Of a DNA stretch of 64,000 nt, positions 57,439-64,000 are shown in pieces (position 1 is the stretch's first letter; each line of letters begins with the position of its first letter). The position numbers and the translations under genes are program-made. The notes beneath the pieces were generated by a model. It was given only the letters and a program-made list of their open reading frames with translations, was not told where the DNA came from and made no database searches. Origin of the DNA: an uncultured bacterium (GTDB lineage: Bacteria > Campylobacterota > Campylobacteria > Campylobacterales > Sulfurovaceae); contig CBFCXZ010000009.1 in the NCBI GenBank assembly GCA_965602275.1, positions 6,719-70,718 on the forward strand. Reading direction: 5' to 3'.

Positions 57439-58584
57439 TCATTCGTTCTTCAACGAAAGATCATTTTCTTTTTTATTAGTATTAACCTTTTTCTCATATT
57501 CTTGACTCAAGGTAAACAGCAATTTGAGATCAGAAGGACTGGTTGCATACTGATAGGCTTGCTCTTCTGTGATCTTGTCTGTTAATGTGAGGTCAAATAG
57601 TGCCTGATTAAAGTCGATAGAGTCAAAACTGATCCCCTCTTTTTTAATAGCGTCCGGGATTTCATTATCCCGTTTAGCTCGAATAAGCTCTTTAATAAGA
57701 GGGCTTTTAAACATCATTTCAACAGCTGGTAGCATATCTCCGGATATTCCTTGAATCAAACGCTGAGAAATAACTGCTTCAAGGGTAGCAGCTAGTGTTG
57801 CACGTACACGATTCTGCTCATTTGTAGGGAAAATAGCAATGAGTCGGTCAACCGTTTCACGCGCATCTAAAGTATGTAGCGTTGAGAAAACAAGATGCCC
57901 TGTGTTTACAGCTTGTAAAATACTTTCAGCTGTAGCAATATCACGTATTTCACCAACAACAATAATATCCGGATCTTCACGCATTGCTGCACGTAATGCT
58001 CCAGAAAAGCTGTTAGTATGCATTCCTACTTGTCGTTGTTCAACGATAGATTTATTATCATGATGCATATACTCTATAGGATCTTCGATAATGATGATAT
58101 GTCGCTGATACGTCCTATTTATCTCTGCAATTAGACTTGCAAGTGTCGTAGATTTTCCACTCCCTGTAGTACCGGTGACAAGAACAAGACCTCGTCGAAA
58201 GTGGACAAGTTTATGTAAGGCTGTTGGAAGATTCAATTCTTCAATACGCTTAATATCTGAGGGGATCAAACGAAAAACTATCGCAAAACCACCAAGATGC
58301 ATATAAATATTAACCCTAAAACGGTATTTATCATTTAGGGAATAGGCCCCATCAAACTCTTTGGTCTCTTTAAAGCTTTCATACGCATTAGCAGTCAATG
58401 CTTTAATAACTGCCTCGATCGTTTCTGCTTTTATCACTTCTTTAGATAAAAGAACAATTTCACTTTTAAAACGTGCACGTATAGGACTATCACTTTTAAT
58501 ATGTAGATCGGCTCCTCCTGCCTCAATTAACATTGTTAACCAAACATCCAATCGCTTCATTGCGTCCTGATCGAATAAAGACAT
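57439..58584 (-). CDS. pilT: PilT/PilU family type IV pilus retraction ATPase
   Basis: RFRVN.Y, GTTGSGKSTTL, IEDPIE, REDPD.I.VGEIRD and TGHLVFSTLHT. Confidence 0.88.
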   Translation of the reverse strand: MSLFDQDAMKRLDVWLTMLIEAGGADLHIKSDSPIRARFKSEIVLLSKEVIKAETIEAVIKALTANAYESFKETKEFDGAYSLNDKYRFRVNIYMHLGGFAIVFRLIPSDIKRIEELNLPTALHKLVHFRRGLVLVTGTTGSGKSTTLASLIAEINRTYQRHIIIIEDPIEYMHHDNKSIVEQRQVGMHTNSFSGALRAAMREDPDIIVVGEIRDIATAESILQAVNTGHLVFSTLHTLDARETVDRLIAIFPTNEQNRVRATLAATLEAVISQRLIQGISGDMLPAVEMMFKSPLIKELIRAKRDNEIPDAIKKEGISFDSIDFNQALFDLTLTDKITEEQAYQYATSPSDLKLLFTLSQEYEKKVNTNKKENDLSLKNE

Positions 58585-58796
58585 ATTTCACTCCTCCACT
58601 AATACTTTTATCTTTATTGTACACTTTAATTAGGATGAATACAACCATTGTTTGTAAAATGTGTAGATTACATTAACATCGTATCCATCCATTCCCTGAT
58701 TCCAAGTTTAGCTTTGATCGATACTTAAATTTATATGACAAAAAAGTTATAATAGTTCTATTAAATATCTATATATCAAAGCAGAGAGAACGCAAC

Positions 58797-60893
58797 ATGA
58801 ATTCACTGATCAATCTATTGGCACAAAAAACAAAACTCAAACAAACTTACATCACCAACATTCTTAAACTCATGGATGAAGGTGCAACCATCCCTTTCAT
58901 TGCACGGTATCGTAAAGAGATGACGGGTGGGGCGAGTGATGAAGTGTTACGCGAGTTTGAAGGTGTGTATTTAAGTGTTAAAAAACTGCTGGAACGTAAA
59001 GCAGAGATAGAGAGGCTTATCCAGGAGAGAGGTGTATTGACCGATGCCATCAAGAAGAGCATCACCTTTGCAGATAGTCTAAGAGTGTTGGAAGATATCT
59101 ATCGTCCGTATAAAGAGAAGAAAAGCTCACGTGCAGCGACTGCCATTGCAAATGGTTTAAAACCACTTGCCTATACCCTACAGAGTGCAAAACTGAGTCT
59201 TGGTGATTTTAAAGCCCAGGCAAAAATGTTTGTAAAAGGTAAGGTCAGTTCTGTTGAGGATGCCATCAAAGGTGCACAGGACATCTTGGCAGAACGTTAT
59301 GCAGATCAGCCACGTGAGCGTGAAGCCATACGCAACTCTATGTTGCGTTTTGGTACCATCGAAACCAAGAAAGCCAAAGGGTTTAATGAGAGAGGGTTGT
59401 ATACTAATTTCATCAAACATTCTGAGAAAGTAGTCTACATTCCTTCTCATCGTTACTTAGCCATAATGCGAGGGGTTAAAGAAAAAGAACTTTCGGTTAA
59501 AGTCACACTTGACATAGCAAGAATAGAAGAGAATATTAAAAAATATAAAATACCTCGTGATGCGTCATCTTCTAAGGAACTGCTGTTCTTAGCGTATAAA
59601 GATGGACTTAAACGTCTCTTGTTACCATCCATAGAAAGAGAAGTACAGGCAGAGTTAAAAGAGAAAGCTGATATCGCTGCCATTGGTGTTTTTGGAAAAA
59701 ATCTAAATCAACTTCTTATGACACCACCTGTGATAAAAAGAGTTATTTTGGGTGTTGATCCTGCTTTTAGATCGGGCTGTAAACTGGCTGTCATAGATGA
59801 GAATGGAAACTACTTGGAACATGCTGTCATCTACCCAACAGACCCTCGAAACGAGTATGAAAAGTCTAGAGATGTGATACTGAAACTCTCTAAAAAATAT
59901 AATATTCAAGCCGTTGCTATAGGAAATGGAACTGCTTCAAGAGAAACGCAAGAGTTTTTTGCCCGTTTAAACACAGATGAGGATGCAAAACTGAACTATA
60001 CTGTGGTCTCTGAAGCTGGGGCATCGGTGTATTCTGCTTCTGTCATCGCAGCGCAAGAGTATCCGAAACTTGATGTGACCATACGTGGTGCTATCTCCAT
60101 TGCACAAAGATTACGTGACCCTATGGCAGCTTTAGTAAAAATAGATCCTAAGTCTTTAGGCATCGGGCAGTACCAACATGATGTAGACCAAAAACTTTTA
60201 GAAAAAAAACTTTCTGATGTAACACAAGACCTTGTAAACAGAGTAGGGGTTGACCTCAATTCTGCCTCTGCTTCACTACTCTCTTATGTGGCTGGTGTAG
60301 GAGCAAAAGTAGCACAAAATATCATCGCATACAGAGAAGAGAACGGCTACTTTACTTCTAAAGAACAACTCTTAAAAGTCAAAGGTTTAGGGACTAAAGC
60401 ATACGAACAGGCTGCAGGTTTTGTTCGTATTAAAGAGGGTAGATCTGTATTTGACAACAGTGGCATACACCCTGAGAGTTACGCTGTAGCCAAACGCTTA
60501 GAGGGGTTGGAGTTAGAAAAAATAGATGTCAGGACGATGGCAGAAGAGTTAAAAATAGGAGAAGAAACCCTAAGAGATATTATCAAAGAACTTTTAAAAC
60601 CAGGCTTTGATCCCAGAGAAGAGTTGCCGGCTATTCCTTTTAAAGAGGGTATAACAGATATCAAAATGCTGCGTGAAGGATCTGTTGTCTCCGGTGTTGT
60701 ACGAAATATAGCAGATTTTGGTGCATTTGTAGATATAGGTTTGAAAAATGACGGCATGATACATATTTCAAAGATGAGTAGCAAACGCATTGCTCATCCT
60801 CTTGAAGTGCTTTCACTCAATCAATTTCTACCACAAATAGAAGTGATCTCCATAGATGAAGAGAAGGGAAAAGTAGGGCTTAGTTTATCTTAA
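58797..60893 (+). CDS. tex: Tex family RNA-binding transcriptional accessory protein
   Basis: TIPFIARYRKEMTG, GVDPAFRSGCK, SEAGAS.YSAS, HhH motifs and an S1 domain. Confidence 0.95.
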   Translation: MNSLINLLAQKTKLKQTYITNILKLMDEGATIPFIARYRKEMTGGASDEVLREFEGVYLSVKKLLERKAEIERLIQERGVLTDAIKKSITFADSLRVLEDIYRPYKEKKSSRAATAIANGLKPLAYTLQSAKLSLGDFKAQAKMFVKGKVSSVEDAIKGAQDILAERYADQPREREAIRNSMLRFGTIETKKAKGFNERGLYTNFIKHSEKVVYIPSHRYLAIMRGVKEKELSVKVTLDIARIEENIKKYKIPRDASSSKELLFLAYKDGLKRLLLPSIEREVQAELKEKADIAAIGVFGKNLNQLLMTPPVIKRVILGVDPAFRSGCKLAVIDENGNYLEHAVIYPTDPRNEYEKSRDVILKLSKKYNIQAVAIGNGTASRETQEFFARLNTDEDAKLNYTVVSEAGASVYSASVIAAQEYPKLDVTIRGAISIAQRLRDPMAALVKIDPKSLGIGQYQHDVDQKLLEKKLSDVTQDLVNRVGVDLNSASASLLSYVAGVGAKVAQNIIAYREENGYFTSKEQLLKVKGLGTKAYEQAAGFVRIKEGRSVFDNSGIHPESYAVAKRLEGLELEKIDVRTMAEELKIGEETLRDIIKELLKPGFDPREELPAIPFKEGITDIKMLREGSVVSGVVRNIADFGAFVDIGLKNDGMIHISKMSSKRIAHPLEVLSLNQFLPQIEVISIDEEKGKVGLSLS

Positions 60894-60912
60894 TTATGCA
60901 AGATGAAACCCA

Positions 60913-61350
60913 TTAAATCTTCTGTGCAGGAATAATCATTACGGGGATATCCGAATGATGTAGCACTCCCTCGCTGGTACTACCAAGAATCAGATGAGTT
61001 AGCGCACCTTTTTTATGTGAACCCATTACAATGATATCGGCAGTGTGATGTTTGGCTTGATTGAGAATAGTTTTGACTGTCTCACCCTGTATTAAAAGCG
61101 CGGTTGTTTTCAGCCCTGATTCCTCAAACTGACTTGCATATAATTGCAACTGGCGATGCTCTTTATGAAACTCTTCTGCATGAACATCACGCATCACTTC
61201 TGTATCTACCTTGCTACCGACAAACTCCGGTTCAGGCTCAGCAACGTGCAGCAGCCAGACTTCTGCATCTGTAGCTTTAGCAAATTTAATTGCTTCATCA
61301 ATAACATTAGAGGATATTTCCGATAAATCAACAACAACTTGTATTTTCAT
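60913..61350 (-). CDS. Universal stress protein (UspA family)
   Basis: V.VD.S, LLHV, DIIVMGSH and LGSTSEGVL…PVMII. Confidence 0.92.
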   Translation of the reverse strand: MKIQVVVDLSEISSNVIDEAIKFAKATDAEVWLLHVAEPEPEFVGSKVDTEVMRDVHAEEFHKEHRQLQLYASQFEESGLKTTALLIQGETVKTILNQAKHHTADIIVMGSHKKGALTHLILGSTSEGVLHHSDIPVMIIPAQKI

Positions 61351-61564
61351 TTTTCTCTCTTTATCTTTTTAGAATATTTTTGCCCAGAAACTGTAGCATC
61401 AAGCCACATTTTTTCAATTATCTCTACTACTCGAATATCATCATACCCTAAATAGTGGATTTTCTATGTACTCAACTTTCGCACATAAAGGTATTTTTAC
61501 TTACGGTACTAAATATCTTTTTCTGCTGTTTCATTAAGTAGTTCATCTCTCCACTACAACGTGG

Positions 61565-62590
61565 TTATCCCATAGGATAAAGTATCTCTTCGTGAACTTT
61601 GTCACAAGCCTTTAATATCTCATCACTGAGTGTCAGGTTCATCGCTGCAAGTGATGCATCGAGTTGCTCTGCATTGGTTGCACCGATGATGGTAGATGCT
61701 ACAAAATCAAACTGTTTTGACCAGGTAGTAGCCAGTGTAACAGGGTGCAATCCTGCATCTGCTGCTATTTTGAGATATTTTTGTGTGGATGCCAATGTTT
61801 TGTCATTCATAAAACGTTGTGCCATGGCTCTTTGTCTAGTGTTTGGTGATTTTAAATAGTCTGCAAACCTTCCTTTGGCTTCTTGTGGGCTCAGTGCTTG
61901 ATTGTACTTTCCGGAGAGTACCCCTCCGGCAAGCGGTGAGTAGGGGAGTAGTGAGACTTGTTCATTTTTACAAAGTGTAGAGAGTTCATCTAAAAATCTC
62001 CGGTTAAGTAGTGAGAAGTTGTTTTGTATGGATTCAAATTGTGCATATCCTTTATACTGAGAAGTCATTAAGGCTTTACTTGTACCGTAAGCTGTATCAT
62101 TGGAAGTACCTATATAACGTACTTTTCCTGCTTTTACCAGCCTGTCAAATGCTTCAAGTGACTCTTCTATAGGAACTATAGTATCTGGCCAATGCATCTG
62201 GTAGAGATCGATGTAGTCTGTTTTAAGTTTTTTCAAACTTCCTTCTACTGCACGTTCGATGTGAAATCTGTCTATGGCTGTCAACCCATGACGAATAGGA
62301 GGAACAAACCAACCACTTGCAGCACCCGCAACTTTAGTCGCAAGGATGATGGAGTCACGTGCTTTGGTCTGCATCCATTCACCGACCCACTCTTCAGTAA
62401 TACCGGCGAGTTTCCCCTCAGGGGGAACAGGGTAGAGTTCTGCAGTGTCGTAGAAGTTTACACCATGATCATAGGCTTTATCCATAATTTTAAAAGCCTC
62501 TTTTTTGTCACATTGTGTACCAAAAGTCATAGTCCCCATACAGATGGGGGAGACACGAAGACCTGTTTTTCCTATGTACCGATGTTGCAT
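61565..62590 (-). CDS. Aldo/keto reductase (Tas-like)
   Basis: GTMTFG, DTAELYP, LATKV, DYIDLYQMHWP and QNNFSLL. Confidence 0.93.
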   Translation of the reverse strand: MQHRYIGKTGLRVSPICMGTMTFGTQCDKKEAFKIMDKAYDHGVNFYDTAELYPVPPEGKLAGITEEWVGEWMQTKARDSIILATKVAGAASGWFVPPIRHGLTAIDRFHIERAVEGSLKKLKTDYIDLYQMHWPDTIVPIEESLEAFDRLVKAGKVRYIGTSNDTAYGTSKALMTSQYKGYAQFESIQNNFSLLNRRFLDELSTLCKNEQVSLLPYSPLAGGVLSGKYNQALSPQEAKGRFADYLKSPNTRQRAMAQRFMNDKTLASTQKYLKIAADAGLHPVTLATTWSKQFDFVASTIIGATNAEQLDASLAAMNLTLSDEILKACDKVHEEILYPMG

Positions 62591-62641
62591 GATGAACTCC
62601 TTACTATATTTATATCATACCTAAAATAATAAGACTTTATA

Positions 62642-63259
62642 CTATGACTTTGTTGCTATGATTAATCTAACGATATCAAACAGTTTATGTTCAACTGATA
62701 CGATAGTAAAACCGGATTGTTCTATATTTTTCTGGGTTTTTCGTATCATGGATGTGCCAAGAAGTTTTGTTGAGACTATGTTCATGAGATATAAGAAGAT
62801 GTTTAAAATAAAATATTTACTTTTCATATGTTCGAGAAAAATCACTTTCCCATTTGGTTTTAAGACACGGTATACTTCTCTCAAGCCTGCTATCGGATCG
62901 GGAACCGTACAGAACACAAAGGTACTGATAACGGTATCAAATGTATCATCTTCAAACTTCAGATCTTGAACGTCCATTTCATATAGTGTAAACGCTTTTA
63001 AGTCTACTTCTGTTTTCTTGTTTTTTGCAACTTCAAGCATTCCTGGACTAAAATCTATGGCAGTCAAGTCAACACTTTTGTTGTAATAGGGTAAATTCTT
63101 ACCAGTCCCTACACCCACTTCCAGTACATGTCCATAAGCATATAACATCGCTTCTTTTCGGAGTTTTTTAAAAAGCAATTTTTCTATAGGCCATTCAAAG
63201 AGGTCATAAAGTTTTGCAATTCTGGAATATTTCCGGGATGTATCTTCTTTCATAGCCAC
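62642..63259 (-). CDS. Class I SAM-dependent methyltransferase (PmtA/UbiE-like)
   Basis: LEVGVGTG, DFSPGML, FDTVIS and RVLKPNG. Confidence 0.9.
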   Translation of the reverse strand: MAMKEDTSRKYSRIAKLYDLFEWPIEKLLFKKLRKEAMLYAYGHVLEVGVGTGKNLPYYNKSVDLTAIDFSPGMLEVAKNKKTEVDLKAFTLYEMDVQDLKFEDDTFDTVISTFVFCTVPDPIAGLREVYRVLKPNGKVIFLEHMKSKYFILNIFLYLMNIVSTKLLGTSMIRKTQKNIEQSGFTIVSVEHKLFDIVRLIIATKS

Positions 63260-63390
63260 TATCCTTTAATTATAAAATATTATAACAAAATATTTAAATA
63301 AAAAATACTCATACACATTATGTGCTAAAACGATAGATAACAAGTTCTCAATGCTATTTTGATATAATTTTGTAAAAAAGGATCCTATGG

Positions 63391-64000
63391 ATGCAAGACC
63401 GTTATGTAGCTGATGTTGGGGACTTTGGGAAGTTCCAACTTTTTCGTTATCTATTCAATCATAAAGATAGTCCCCTTGATGGAAAAGCCTTAGCCCAGAT
63501 ATGGTTCATGCATGAAGGTGAGGGTGAAGAGAACAACGATGGAAGGCATATAGATTATTTTGAACGTATGAATGGGTCTGATGAATATTTGGAACACTCA
63601 CTCATGAACTTGATCATGCGAGACAAACGTGAAGTGACTGAGCTTGAAGAGCTTAAACTTCTCAAAAATGCAAAATTTTACTATGAAAAAGTACCAAATG
63701 CTTTAGAAGACCGTTATCTCTGGCTTAATCAAGCACTTACTTTTTCCAATAAATCACAGATAGTAGCAGTAGCCCCAGACAACGGTATGGCACTCAAATG
63801 CAATAGGGTAGAGAAACGTTTCGAGATGCTAACACTCTCCCAACACTACAGCCAAAAAGTGTATCCGCACAAATATATTTTTGCAGATGAAGTATCTTAC
63901 TTCTACCGTTTACCGTATCTGGAAGTTTGTATAGTTTACCAACACCTTAGTCGATGTTTCTCTCATAATGAACAGATAACTTCTCTTTTACGTGATTTGG
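63391..64000 (+). CDS. Conserved hypothetical protein (MQDRYVADVGDFGK family), runs off the window
   Basis: AAGGA RBS. Frame open from 63391 to the end of the window. Contains NDG and PDNG motifs. Absent from the ORF track because no stop is reached. Confidence 0.75.
   Translation, partial: MQDRYVADVGDFGKFQLFRYLFNHKDSPLDGKALAQIWFMHEGEGEENNDGRHIDYFERMNGSDEYLEHSLMNLIMRDKREVTELEELKLLKNAKFYYEKVPNALEDRYLWLNQALTFSNKSQIVAVAPDNGMALKCNRVEKRFEMLTLSQHYSQKVYPHKYIFADEVSYFYRLPYLEVCIVYQHLSRCFSHNEQITSLLRDL

Noticed and set aside
61350-61565. Protein-like fragments in the usp-akr spacer and at 20420-20470
   Set aside because: They may be further gene relics, but they match no gene in this window and cannot be supported without a database search.
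1-64000. CRISPR array, prophage, integron or transposase
   Set aside because: No regularly spaced repeats and no recognisable cas, phage, intI or transposase motifs.

Overview
Bacterial chromosomal window. The AT-rich core (Mog, family II PPase, MagIII-like glycosylase, FCNGxWC rhodaneses, AAGGAG RBSs, extended -10 promoters) suggests a Sulfurovum/Sulfurimonas-like Campylobacterota; this is an inference, not a database result. Bases 1-~21.4 kb are a visibly more GC-rich accessory region for organic scavenging. It holds a xanthine-dehydrogenase-family operon with MocA, adenine deaminase, an NCS2 permease, a decayed guanine deaminase, an SSS symporter, two acyl-CoA ligases, an esterase, an M20 amidohydrolase, a pyroglutamyl peptidase, stand-alone Cache proteins and a single-chain NifJ-type PFOR. 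Bases ~22-64 kb are mostly housekeeping: three DEAD-box helicases, a Suv3-like helicase, RluA, RlmI-like, Tex, carbonic anhydrase/SulP/rhodaneses, c-di-GMP enzymes and tRNA-Arg(CCT). The most notable unexplained structure is a recurrent scar. In three places, cargo genes lie between a live gene end and a diverged, dead copy of that same 3' end (53-220 bp, about 83-90% identical; differences mostly synonymous in two of the three cases), with no integrase or transposase nearby. Other points of interest: a REP/REPIN-like palindrome family that brackets a cargo ORF and has been co-opted as an RBS and as a protein C-terminus; a likely ATC start codon in a DEAD-box gene; two Tyr/Gly/Arg-rich lipoproteins; and an EAL domain with DD changed to NN.
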